Source of the DNA: Octopus sinensis
Taxonomy: Eukaryota
Direction: 5' to 3'
Length of the DNA: 64,000 nt
Assembly (NCBI RefSeq): GCF_006345805.1
Contig: NC_043007.1
Coordinates: 29,946,001 to 30,010,000 of the forward strand
Of the stretch, positions 1 through 10,443 are shown in pieces; positions within the stretch are counted from its first letter, which is position 1; the number at the start of each line of letters is the position of its first letter. Under the pieces are notes generated by a model. That model made no database searches, was not told where the DNA came from, and saw only the letters and a list, made by a program, of their open reading frames with translations. Both the position numbers and the translations under genes were made by a program.

Positions 1-251
1 AGAGCTGTTAATGTGGCTAAAATGAGATGAAGGGTGAGAGACCCAAGGAATCCAATTTCTCTCCTCGGCATACGATCTTCTTTAGAAACTCCTAAAATTT
101 TATATAACCATATTTTTCTACTCTTGAATACTTTGAGCATTATTTGTAGTGAGTGTGTGAGTGTGTGTGTAGTGTGTGTGTAGCACAGGTGTCACCGTGT
201 GTTGCTGTAACGAGTAATAAACTGTGTTGTGTTTCCGCTGTCTGTTTGTAG

Positions 252-622
252 CTCTGTTGAAGATTCGGCAAAAAAGTGAGGCAAAGAAGATTCAGAAGAA
301 ACTGGACGAGAAATTGTTGGAACGGGGAGATGCGGAGAGTAAGCAAAGAGAAGTTGTTATCGAGGAGAGCATTGACTGGTTGTATGGGACGTACAAGACA
401 AAATGGGTTGATGCGGAGAAGGGAGGGGACGGAGACGAAGCGAAAACAGGGGGGGAAGAAGGACTGGGAGGAAATGCAACGAAGCCAAAGGAAGAAGAGG
501 GAAAATGTGTGGAAGAGAAAAGAGAAGAGCAGACGGATGAAACTGTTAAGGAGGAGGAGGAGGAGGAGAAAAGTTTGGAAGAACAACAACAAGAGGAAAA
601 TGTGGAAAAGAAGACTGCAGAG
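252..622 (+). CDS. DNAAF1/LRRC50-like gene, internal exon (gene 5' part lies upstream of the window)
   Basis: Acceptor tttgtag|CT, donor GAG|gtaata. Encodes (A)LLKIRQKSEAKKIQKKLDEK..., which from memory resembles the post-LRR helix of DNAAF1 (EALAMIKQRAEERKRQ), then an E/K-rich tract. The family call rests on recall only; no LRR lies in the window. Confidence 0.6.
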
Positions 623-731
623 GTAATATAAAGGAATTGTTAAGTTTTGGTTTTTATCATTTGTAGGAAGAGTCAACAGGAATGGTTGTCTGTCTGTGAG
701 TCTTTCTCTCTCTCTTGCTCTCTCACTCACA

Positions 732-763
<32 letters not shown>

Positions 764-1379
764 CTCCCTCTCTCGTATGTCTGTGTGTCTCATAAGGTTT
801 GTTGCTGTTTATTTGATTTGATTTACATAATAATATTCAACTTGATGACACAGAAATTGAGGACAATACTTCCTGAAAACCAGGCAACTTGTCAACGTTC
901 CAATGCATTGTGCGTGTGTGTGTGCATGCACTTACTTGGATATATATAATCTCTCACTCTCTGCAAGTGTGTATAGATCATCTGATCACATGATCGGCCA
1001 GACTATCAGATGTTGTTATACGTTGCTGGTCAGAATGCACTTTGCATCGTTTTAGCGTTTGAATGATGCCACCCTGCTAATCATAATTAGGTAAGCAGGC
1101 CAACATTCCCCCTAATCGGAAGGCTATTCTTACGCTGGGTTATCCATTTACAGCCGAGTGGACTGAGCAACATGAAATGAAGTGTCTTGCTCAAAAACAC
1201 AATGCATCACTTGGTCCAAGAATCACTGGTTTGTGAGTGTGACTGACCACTGACCACTGAGCCACATGCATTAACCATCCGTCTGTCTGTCCAGCCATCT
1301 GTCTGTCTGTATTTGAACAAAATAATGGCCTTTATGAATACATTTAGGCAAAAAGATTACTCTTAAACGCACACACACA

Positions 1380-1820
1380 TCATCATCATCATCAACATCT
1401 TTTAACATCTATTCTCCATGTTGGGCATGGACAGTCTGACAGGGTCTGGCAAGGCTGGAGAGCTTCCCAGGTTCCAACTGCCTTGTTTTGCCATGGTTCC
1501 TACTGCTAGATGCCCTTCCTAATGCCAACCACTTCACAGTCTGTGCTAGGTGCTTTTTATGTGTCACTCGCATGGTCGCTGTATTTGTGGCAGTGACACG
1601 GGGACTTCCTGTAATTTGGCCCCATCCCTCAGTACGATACCTTGCTCAGTTGATGCTATGGAAAATGTCCCCAGTACATTCTGTGAAGTGGCTGGCATTT
1701 GGAAGTGGACCTAGAGCAGACAGTGGAGCTTGGCACAACATTCTGGCTTGTCGGTTCCTTTCAAACGGTCCGACTCATGCCAGCATTGGAAAAAGGACGT
1801 TGAATAATGATAACGATGAG
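1380..1820. mobile_element. Two degraded RTE-tail repeats in opposite orientation (intronic)
   Basis: (CAT)n...GGATGCCCTTCCTAATGCCAACCAC-type segment on the minus strand at ~1380-1570, and a + copy at ~1660-1820 ending GGACGTTGAATAATGAT. Confidence 0.6.
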
Positions 1821-1954
1821 GTGTGTGTGTGTGTGTAGTGATTTGGAACCGGTCCATATGAAATATCGTGTTACAAAGTGAAGATTGTATTTCAAAGTGT
1901 CATCTGGTGGAGAGATGTCTTGCCAATAATTGATCTGTTTGTTTCCATTTATAG

Positions 1955-2090
1955 ACGACATCATTCAAGGAGGAGGTGAAGGAGGAGGAAGCAACTACTG
2001 AAGTAATTGATCTGAGAGGATCTTTGATGAAGACGGCACCAGCAGCAACAACAGCAGCAGCAGACACATCAACTATTTTCAGTTCCACAG
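1955..2090 (+). CDS. DNAAF1-like gene, internal exon (TTSFKEEVKEEEATTEVIDLRG...IFSST)
   Basis: Acceptor ccatttatag|ACG, donor ACAG|gttgg. Phase 0 start and phase 1 end fit both neighbours. Confidence 0.65.
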
Positions 2091-2397
2091 GTTGGATACA
2101 CTTGCTTTCCTTTTGATGATGTCTCACGTTTGTGTGTGTGACTCTGCTAACACACACACACACACACGACTACATGGTTTCACACATAGACGTATACAGC
2201 ATGCATAAGCATACAGATAGTGACTCACACACACACACACATACACACACACATACATACTTACAAACATGCTTACATAAATATGCATAGACACATAAAC
2301 AAATGTTCACACACATACATTTGTCCATCCGATTCCAGCATGGAACAGGGACATTAAATGACGACGATGGTGATGATGGTGATGACAGACACACATA

Positions 2398-2431
<34 letters not shown>

Positions 2432-2793
2432 TTTAGCCTGACATGTGACCATATTTCTCACAAAATACACTTTTTGGGCTTTAATTGAATTTGAAAATCA
2501 TCATAAATTTTGTGGGATTTGTAAAATAATTAATTAATTTCCATAATGATACGTCTAAGTGGTGTTTGGAAGATAAATGCAGCATAATTTCTTTAATCAC
2601 AGTGGAAGTTTTTTTTCTTGAATAGATTAAGACAAGGGATTTGAAGTTGAGGTAGTTTCAGGAACAGGATGGGTTAATCTGGCACGTCTAGCTTCAAGAC
2701 TTGTCCCATGTCAGCATCATTCATTAACCATTCCTCTATCTTGTTTAGAATTCAGAAAACCAATAACATGTTTCCTTGTTTTGATTTTGTTAG

Positions 2794-2859
2794 TTCGTGA
2801 TCAAGTGACGCCCTCCACAGAGAAAAGCCATTCTATGTTGAGAATTACTGAAATTAATG
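2794..2859 (+). CDS. DNAAF1-like gene, internal exon (VRDQVTPSTEKSHSMLRITEIN)
   Basis: Acceptor ttttgttag|TT, donor AATG|gtaagt; phase 1/1, open frame. Confidence 0.7.
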
Positions 2860-3554
2860 GTAAGTAGTTGAATTCACGAAAGGGATGTTAACCGAAGATG
2901 GTTGGTCTCTCATTTCAGGGGAGATTTATCTGTGATCCACACCTGAAAGTAATGAATTTAAATTAAGGAAATTCTTAATTGTTAACATTTGTTTCTAGAA
3001 GACATATACCAAGTTATTGTCTGTTAGTGAAGATTCTTTAAAGGTCACCTCAAGTAATCCAGACTTTTAAAGAGTCCTTCTAACACAACTCATCTCATTC
3101 CTTGCTGTAGTTTACCAATTCCAAGACAGATTGTGTTCTGGTGACACATTAGTATGTCACTGATTCTCCATCCTGACTGAATGGTCAAATGGACAAGTAA
3201 TATTCTAATTAGCACAAATTAATTGTAATTACAATTAAGTTCTGTTTTACTGTCACTATGACCAAACACTTGAGCATTTCATTAGTATTTGTTATATCGC
3301 ACGTTCGGCTGACCTCTACTCAACCCCTGACGTCTAGACTTCTCCCTCTATATCTACGTATTGGGCCAGCCTACTTCATCGTCTGGGGGCGTCCACAAAA
3401 CAGTATTGTCACATGATAGTTGTGTGTATTGTTATTTATCAAATCTGTATTTTTAATCAACACTAGGTATTGTTACAGATCAACCTTATGTATCCTTATA
3501 TATATCGCTGTGTATATGCTTACATCTGAAATTTGTATTTGTGTTTCTACTCAG

Positions 3555-3598
3555 GTGAAGACAGCTCATCAGATAGTGAATGTAACGAAGATGCAGAG
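3555..3598 (+). CDS. DNAAF1-like gene, small internal exon (GEDSSSDSECNEDAE)
   Basis: Acceptor ctactcag|GT, donor GAG|gtgagt; phase 1/0. Confidence 0.7.
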
Positions 3599-4287
3599 GT
3601 GAGTGGAATTTGGTGGCGGTGGTGGTGGCAGGGACACACATGTTTATGACAAGGAGTCACCACAACTCATAATAATAGCATACAGGAAGTAAAACAGAAA
3701 ATCATTAGCTGACAATCACAACCATTTACAGAGCTTTCCACAAACCACGAGAAGGATAAACATAGAAGTTATACCAGTAATGAAATAGACACCAGAAATC
3801 AACAAAGGGATGTATACTACATGTAGAATAAGTGATGAAACTGGCTGGGACTTAACTGTTGTGTTAATATTTAAATCTGGCATTGATGATTTTATAAGTT
3901 AGAATAGTATAACCATGATCCTTGGAGACCTAAGGCAAAGTGTATGAATTCTTCTCCATTATCAGTATTACTGCATTTGGATGACGAAACTGAGAAGCTA
4001 ATCAGTTTATGAATATGTCTTTTAATATATAATGTACATGAAGAACAGATAGACAAAGACAGGTGATTAGGACATATGCTTAACGAGTCAGTCTCATTGC
4101 ATGGCACCGAGCCTCACCAAAGCAATTTAAATGGCTTTGATTGACAGAAACTATATGGAAGACCATATTATATATTATATAATATATATTCAATATTTAA
4201 TGTATATATAAATATAAATATATATATATATCCTATGTATGTCATGATGTAGCTCCAATGTTGTTATTTTTGTGGTTTTCCTTGTAG

Positions 4288-4365
4288 GACATCCCTGTTC
4301 TTGAAGACATTGACACTGATATGGTTTCTCTGGAGAAAAATATGAGTTTATCAAATGAAGTGGAG
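4288..4365 (+). CDS. DNAAF1-like gene, internal exon (DIPVLEDIDTDMVSLEKNMSLSNEVE)
   Basis: Acceptor ttccttgtag|GAC, donor GAG|gtaagg; phase 0/0. DIPVLEDID resembles the D-L-P-x-L-E-D motif I recall from DNAAF1 tails. Confidence 0.7.
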
Positions 4366-4788
4366 GTAAGGTTTCTAATTGGAAACATAGAATCACCATC
4401 ACCATCATGATCATTACCATCACCACCATCATTTTACATCTGCTTTTCTATGCTGGCTTGGGTTGGACGGGATTTTTTGAGGTAATTATTTCATTCATCT
4501 CTTACAACACAGAAGGATACAGTTGCACCTATTGTAGAAAAAATGCCTAACGTATAGACTTCATTAACACACACTCAGATGTTGTTTGTTCATTTTTACA
4601 TCCATTTTTCCATTGCTTGCATCGGTTAGAGGAATATATTATTGAGGCATTACTTTAAAGCTGGATCCTCTTCCTGTCGCTTAGCTTTACCTGTTTCTCA
4701 AATGAGGATCTCTTATTCTTTGTAGCTTTGAAGGCACAGAAACAGCAGTTGACTTGTGGATGGGTGGGATGACAATGTCACCACGTAA

Positions 4789-4824
<36 letters not shown>

Positions 4825-4904
4825 ACACACACGCACACATACACATGCATAAAAACTGTAATATACTTAATATTTTGTGTGTGTTTGGGGACATGTCTAC
4901 CTTG

Positions 4905-5350
4905 TCAGATGTGTTGAATGAGGTGGATGTGCCTTATACATCCACAGAACATCGTTATCCACTTTGGTCTCAGGTCTGCCACAGAGCTGATTTTCAAGAG
5001 TAAAGTCACCAGACCGGAACTTCTCAAACCATCGACGTACAGTTCACTCATTTGCCACATCTTCACCAAACACCTCATTGGTGTTTTGAGCTGTCTGGGA
5101 GGCATTGGTCCCTTGACGGAACTCATATTCATAAACAACATGAATTTTTGATCTCTCCATGGGTTCACAAAAATTGATTTACAAGAGAAAACTCACAATA
5201 CAATCAGACACCAGGAATGGCATTTCAGAAAGTGATGATGTAACTCTTCAATGTTGTAAAACAAAGAATTGTCAGGATAAAACATTAAGAGATAAGGACT
5301 GTCAAACTTGGTGCAGAAGAAAATTGGACATTTCTTTCTTAATGACCTGA
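4905..5350 (-). mobile_element. Mariner (cecropia-subfamily-like) 5' fragment: TIR plus decayed transposase N-terminus
   Basis: TA followed by TIR-like TCAGGTCATTAAGAAAGAAATGTCC. Minus-strand frame reads MERSKIHVVYEYEFRQGTNASQTAQNTNEVFGEDVANE*TVRRWFEKFRSGDFTLENQLCGRPETKVDND, the mariner HTH region with WF-x2-F-x2-G and GRP motifs. Confidence 0.85.
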
Positions 5351-5356
5351 TATATA

Positions 5357-5450
<94 letters not shown>

Positions 5451-5719
5451 CACTGCCACTTCTCAGCATCTACACCATCATCCACACACCTGCACATGCA
5501 CACACGCACATGTCAAGGTCATTAGCCCCCTTCCATACGCATATACACGCTCTCACATACACACACACGCACACGTGCACCATCGTTTTGGGATCACCAC
5601 TACTTTATTATCTCCCCTTCTACTTAGCTCTCCTGTGTGACCCCTCTGTCTGGCATTTGCCATGATAGATCGCTAGCCACTAAACCTCTTTTATATTCCC
5701 TCAGTTTATTTCTGTGTTC

Positions 5720-5755
5720 CTTTCTGTTGAAGAGCATAGGCTCGAAACGTAAAAG
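5720..5755 (+). ncRNA. Degenerate minimal hammerhead-ribozyme-like motif in a Penelope-type terminal repeat remnant
   Basis: CTTT-CTGTTGA-A-GAGC-ATAG-GCTC-GAAA-CG-TA-AAAG gives stem I CTTT/AAAG, stem II GAGC/GCTC, GAAA box and UH. Core A6 is mutated to U. Confidence 0.4.
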
Positions 5756-5891
5756 ACTTTCTCAATTCCCAAGCGTTAAACTAATACATCTGTTTGTTAT
5801 TTACACACCCGTCTTCGTCTTTTGTTTTTTGTTAATGCTCACTATATATATATGTATATATATGTAATCTTATCTCTTTACTATTTTGCAG

Positions 5892-7007
5892 GAAATATAT
5901 AAACCAACAAAAATATGTTTGGTTGAAGAAATGGAGCCATTGAAAGATATTACTGCTACTACTTCTACTATTACTACTACAACTATTAATACCAGTTCTA
6001 CTACTAGTACTAGTACTACTACTACTACCACTTCTGCTGCTGCCATTTTTGGTAATAACAGTAGCAGTGATGGTGGTAGACCATTGGTGGAAGAGGTTAA
6101 TGATGAAGTGGATGAGAGCAGCAGAGTTAACGGTCAGTCAAGATGTAACCCTTACAGAGTTTTGATCCAAGATATTACTGGTATTGGTAAAGGTCAAACT
6201 AATGAGGTCATTGGGGTCAATCAGATCACTGATCTGGATGAAGTAAATGAAATTGAAGAGATCAATGAAATCAGTGAGATCATTATAGGTGATGGTCACT
6301 TAAGCGAAGCCGTCAGTGGTGCTGGTCACGGCGAAATGGATGAGATAGCTGGACACTACGATTGTCGTAGTAGTAGTAGTAGCGGCAGCAGTAGCTGTAG
6401 CAGCAGCAGTAGTAGCAGTGGTAGTAGTAGTAGTGGCCGATGCAGTCCTCTTACTTTAGACATTATTGATGCTGAGGACGTAGACAATAACGATGATTTC
6501 ACCGGTCAGTCTAAAGGTCAGTGTTTGAAAGAGGCCATGGACAATCTTGGTTGCAGTGACCCTTGTGATATGGAAGCCACATGTGGGGGTCTAAAAGATA
6601 TGGCAGCCACATGTGGGGGTTTAAAAGATAAAGAATGGATTATGGGGAAACCAGATGCAGAGGACAGTGTCTGTGGGAAATATAGACAGCATTGCTTTGG
6701 TAAGACAGAATTTGCCAGTGCTTGCAGTGTACGTGAGACCAAATCGGCCACCATTCTGAGTATGAGCTGTGAGGATATGCCTGGTGGTCAATGTTCTCAT
6801 GGTGGACGAAAGGGTGAGAAAAGTTTAAACCTGAGTTCCGATGGCACTGAACTAACAGAACGATGGATTTACCCAGCTGCTACTTTCTACTCAAAGACTC
6901 TCCAGAAACAACCAGAAGATTCTTTGAGTAGCACACAGGATGAGAATGACGAGTTGAAGAGAGAAAACGAAGAATGCTGTGAGTCTAAAGAAGAAAATTT
7001 GGTTTGA
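5892..7007 (+). CDS. DNAAF1-like gene, terminal exon (long acidic, S/T-rich disordered tail)
   Basis: Acceptor ttttgcag|GAA; 371 open codons to TGA. RPLVEEV resembles the DNAAF1 RPLIQEL motif. AATAAA at 7055. Confidence 0.75.
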   Translation, partial: EIYKPTKICLVEEMEPLKDITATTSTITTTTINTSSTTSTSTTTTTTSAAAIFGNNSSSDGGRPLVEEVNDEVDESSRVNGQSRCNPYRVLIQDITGIGKGQTNEVIGVNQITDLDEVNEIEEINEISEIIIGDGHLSEAVSGAGHGEMDEIAGHYDCRSSSSSGSSSCSSSSSSSGSSSSGRCSPLTLDIIDAEDVDNNDDFTGQSKGQCLKEAMDNLGCSDPCDMEATCGGLKDMAATCGGLKDKEWIMGKPDAEDSVCGKYRQHCFGKTEFASACSVRETKSATILSMSCEDMPGGQCSHGGRKGEKSLNLSSDGTELTERWIYPAATFYSKTLQKQPEDSLSSTQDENDELKRENEECCESKEENLV

Positions 7008-7054
7008 AAATTGTGGAACCGGATGAGAAGAAGAAGAATAACAAGAACAACAAC

Positions 7055-7060
7055 AATAAA
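7055..7060 (+). terminator. Candidate polyadenylation signal AATAAA for the DNAAF1-like gene
   Basis: AATAAA about 50 nt after the stop codon, followed by GT-rich sequence. Confidence 0.35.
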
Positions 7061-7619
7061 AGTACCTGTTTGTCTGTCTCTGTAGCCACACACACACACA
7101 CATACACACACATGCACGTATGTGTGTGTGTGTGTGTGTGTGTGTAAAGTAGCAGCAGCAGTGGGACCATTGTGAAATTGATGACTGTTTCTAGAGTGAA
7201 CCAGTCAATAATTGAACTTGTGCTTGGTAGAGCATCCAACAAAATGCCTTGTGGTAATTAGTTACAACCCTTTACATTCCAAAGTTGATTTTGCCCTTGA
7301 TCTTCCCAGTCGTGCAGTGGGACTTCTCCTCCTTGCAAAATAATCCTTTATGGCCTTGTTGACAATCTTTTTATTACAGTTTCATACGGTTAGTTATTTA
7401 TACCAAAAATTTCATTAATTATAAAACACAAAATAATTAAAACTATTTTCTATTTCAATTTGTCTTTGTTTTATAACTGTTTCATTAAGCATTTAATTGA
7501 ATTGTTATCATCATCATCATTATTATTATTATTACTGATACCTATCCAACCTATGCCAACATGGAAAATGGACATTAAGTGGTAAAAGAAAACGACGATG
7601 ACGATTTTTTTTCTTTCCC

Positions 7620-8290
7620 TGATTTATCCCTGTCTCATCTCTGCTCCATCCTGCAGCTTAGAGACAGAACACTTTCCCCAAAACACGAGCTGTGCCAAGT
7701 GTTGCTACCAACTGATTATTACTTGTTATGAAGTTTGGTATTTTCAGCTTTTGATGTCACAATATTGCTTTCTTTGAGGTGGTCCCAAGTGCCCCAATCA
7801 CAATCGGTACCACACTCACTTCTGAGGCTCTATGGATGTGTTTCATTTCCAATGCTAGGTCTTGGTGCTTCCCAACTTTCTCATCCTCTCTCTTCACAAT
7901 ATGCTGGTCTGCAAGTAGAGCTACATTGATGAAGGTCCATTCTTTACACTCCTTCTGTAGAAGAGTGATATCCGGTTGGTTATGTTGCAGCTTTTTGTCT
8001 GTGTACATTGGCACATCCCATGTAAGACTCCTCACCTAATCACTTTCTGCTGCTGGTAAAGGTTGGTGCTCAAACCACTTGTTAGAACATTCTAGCCCAT
8101 ACTTCTTGCACAACTCCCAGTGTATTCACACTCACACTGCTACTTTGTTGTTGCATTTTTTTTGTACTTCTTTTGGGGCCTTTTTTGAGCATCCACTAAT
8201 TATATGTGCAACTGTCTCAGATGATACAACTGTCTTAATAATATTGCACTTGACTGAGTTGGTTCATAAAGCTTGTTCCTTCTTGAAAAT
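7620..8290 (-). mobile_element. R4/Dong-clade non-LTR retrotransposon 3' fragment (zinc knuckle plus restriction-like endonuclease)
   Basis: LTWDVPMYTDKKLQHNQPDIT...FINVA...KREDEKVGKHQDLALEM...VVPIVIGALG matches the RLE PD-(D/E)xK region. Upstream ETVAHIISGC and HWELCKKYG match the CCHC region. Confidence 0.85.
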
Positions 8291-8334
8291 GTCCTATCTT
8301 AACCATTTCCATTGTCACCAACCACGTACCACCT

Positions 8335-8655
8335 TTGGTGGCACATAAAAAGCACCAACTGATCGTGGCCATTGCCAGCCTCCCCTGGCACGTAAAAAGC
8401 ACCCACTACACTCTCAGAGTGTTTGGCGTTAAGAAGGGCATCCAGCTGTAGAAACACTACCAGATCAGACTGGAGCCTGGTGCTGCCTCCTGGCTTCCCA
8501 GACCTCGGTCGAACCATTCAACCATATATATATATATATATATATCATCATCATCATCATCGTTTAACGTCCGTTTTCCATGCTGGCATGGGTTGGACGG
8601 TTCGACCGGGATCTGGGAAGCCAGGAGGCTGCACCAGCTCCAGTCTGGTCTGGGT
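8335..8655. mobile_element. Two RTE-tail repeats arranged tail to tail (inverted) around a (TA)n/(CAT)n spacer
   Basis: + copy at 8335-8525 and minus copy at 8545-8655 share CCAGATCAGACTGGAGCCTGGTGC...CTCCTGGCTTCCCAGA. Confidence 0.75.
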
Positions 8656-8758
8656 ATATGGAGTAAATAAAATCATAACATAAAAAATTAAATATAAGAA
8701 ATAATAATTTCTTAAAGTATGTGTTAATTCCCATGTACCCAGACTTTGTGGACACCCG

Positions 8759-8819
<61 letters not shown>

Positions 8820-8869
8820 GCAGCAGGATATCAAGAAGTGATGCAGTACGACCATTTCAAGCAACTCCA

Positions 8870-9407
8870 ACTCGTTGCCAGGGCTGCTGACTGGCTTCCA
8901 TGCCGGTGGTACGTAAAAAACACCATTTGGGTGTGGCCGTTGCCAGTACCTATTTCTTTACTGTCCACAAGGGGCTAAACACAGAAGGGACAAACAAGGA
9001 CAGACACACGGATTAAGTCGATTACATCAACCCCAGTGCGTAATTGGTACCTAATTTATCGACCACGAAAGGATGAAAGGCAAAGTCGACCTCGGCGGAA
9101 TTTGAACTCAGAACGTAGCGGCAGACGAAAAACCGCAAAGCATTTCGCCCGACGTGCTAGCGATTCTGCCAGTTCACCGCCTTTCTGCCAGCTCACCGCC
9201 AGTACCACCTGACTGGCCCTCGTGCCGATGGCACATAAAAGCATCCACTACACTCTCGGAGTGGTTGGCGTTAGGAAGTGCATCCAGCTGTAGAAACTTT
9301 GCCAGATCAGATTGGAGCCTGGTGCAACCATCTGGTTTGCCAGTCCTCAGTCAAACCGTCCAACCCATGCCAGCATGGAAAGCGGACGTTAAACGATGAT
9401 GATGATG
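8870..9407 (+). mobile_element. RTE-tail repeat interrupted by a tRNA-derived SINE
   Basis: Tail ends GCGGACGTTAAACGATGATGATG. It is split by the insert at 8951-9197, with TSD GCCAGTACC at 8942-8950 and 9198-9206. Confidence 0.8.
8951..9197 (-). mobile_element. tRNA-derived SINE family A (GAGCTGGCAGAA...GTTCTGAGTTCAAATTCCGCCGAGGTCGAC)
   Basis: A/B-box-like head, central CTTTCATCCTTTCG..GTCGATAAAT..GTACC segment, 9-bp TSD, and a duplicated 5' tip. Confidence 0.85.
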
Positions 9408-10105
9408 TAATGGCTTTTATGTAAGTAAGTCTCCTAATTATATACCCCATAGAAACTATAAAATCACATATATAACAACACCTGTAACATTACAACTTCT
9501 AAAATCTCTTCGGTCTGAATACCTCCAACTGCCCTCGCTACGCCCATACCTCCGCTTTTCGGGTTACCTTTATCTCTTCCCAACCTCAAATTTTAATACC
9601 CTTTCTCTTTAAATGTAAGTTATATGTATTTCTTATTATTTTCTATAAATTCTTATTATTTTCTTTTCTTACTTCGATATCCTTACCTATTTTCCTCTTA
9701 TTCTTTACTGTTTCTAAATAGAGACTTTTCAGCTTTAATATCCATATAAACGTATACAGGTTTGTATTTGTGTATATATTATGTGCACAAGGAACATTAA
9801 AAAGCAAAAAGCTAACTGGAAATATTTTGAGTAAAGACAAAATTAAATTAGGGAAAAGAGTGACAATAATTTTGTACGGGATGAGAGAGAAAGAGAGAGA
9901 GAAAGAGTAAAAAGAAAGAGAGAAAAGGAAGAGAATGGGAGAAAAGAGTGAGAGAATACATTGAGAGGGTAAGAAGAAAGAGAGAAACAAATTAGTAGAA
10001 AAGCAAGATAAACTATAAAGAGAGAGAGAGAAAAATAAAGATAGAGAGAGAGAGAAAGGGAGAAATAAAGAGAGGAAGTAGAGAGTGAGGCGGTAGTAAT
10101 ATGGA

Positions 10106-10160
10106 CCAATGAGAAGAGAGATCAGTCTTCAGTGCTGAACGTTGTGGCACGAAATTCAAA
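10106..10160 (+). promoter_or_regulatory. Candidate core promoter of the RhoGEF gene: CCAAT box, Inr-like TCAGTC, reverse CHR-like TTCAAA
   Basis: CCAAT at 10106-10110, TCAGTC at 10122-10127, TTCAAA at 10155-10160, and a candidate first-intron donor AG|gtaatt at 10186. Confidence 0.35.
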
Positions 10161-10362
10161 CAACAACAACTGAAAAGCGAATGAGGTAATTAAGGAGGAT
10201 TTCGTTAATTAATTAATTATGATGTCTCTTGTGTGTATTTGTATCTTTCTATATTTATTTATATGTGGCGATCCGTATGTATATATATATAATAGGTTTA
10301 TGTGTGAATGTTTTAAATCCGTTTAAATCCTGCTGTTTTTCTTTTGAGGTCAGCAAATTTAA

Positions 10363-10443
10363 ATGCCAGGACATTCCACGGGGTCACACCTAAAAAGAAA
10401 GAGGAAAAGGCACCTGTCGTGGCTCCAGCCTGGCCGTGGTTGA
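10363..10443 (+). other. uORF (26 aa, MPGHSTGSHLKRKRKRHLSWLQPGRG*) in frame with, and directly abutting, the RhoGEF start codon
   Basis: ATG at 10363, TGA at 10441-10443, main ATG at 10444. Confidence 0.5.

Noticed and set aside
10441-10443. Selenocysteine reading of the uORF UGA
   Set aside because: No SECIS recognised by eye in the 3' UTR and no redox-motif context; a SECISearch run would be needed.
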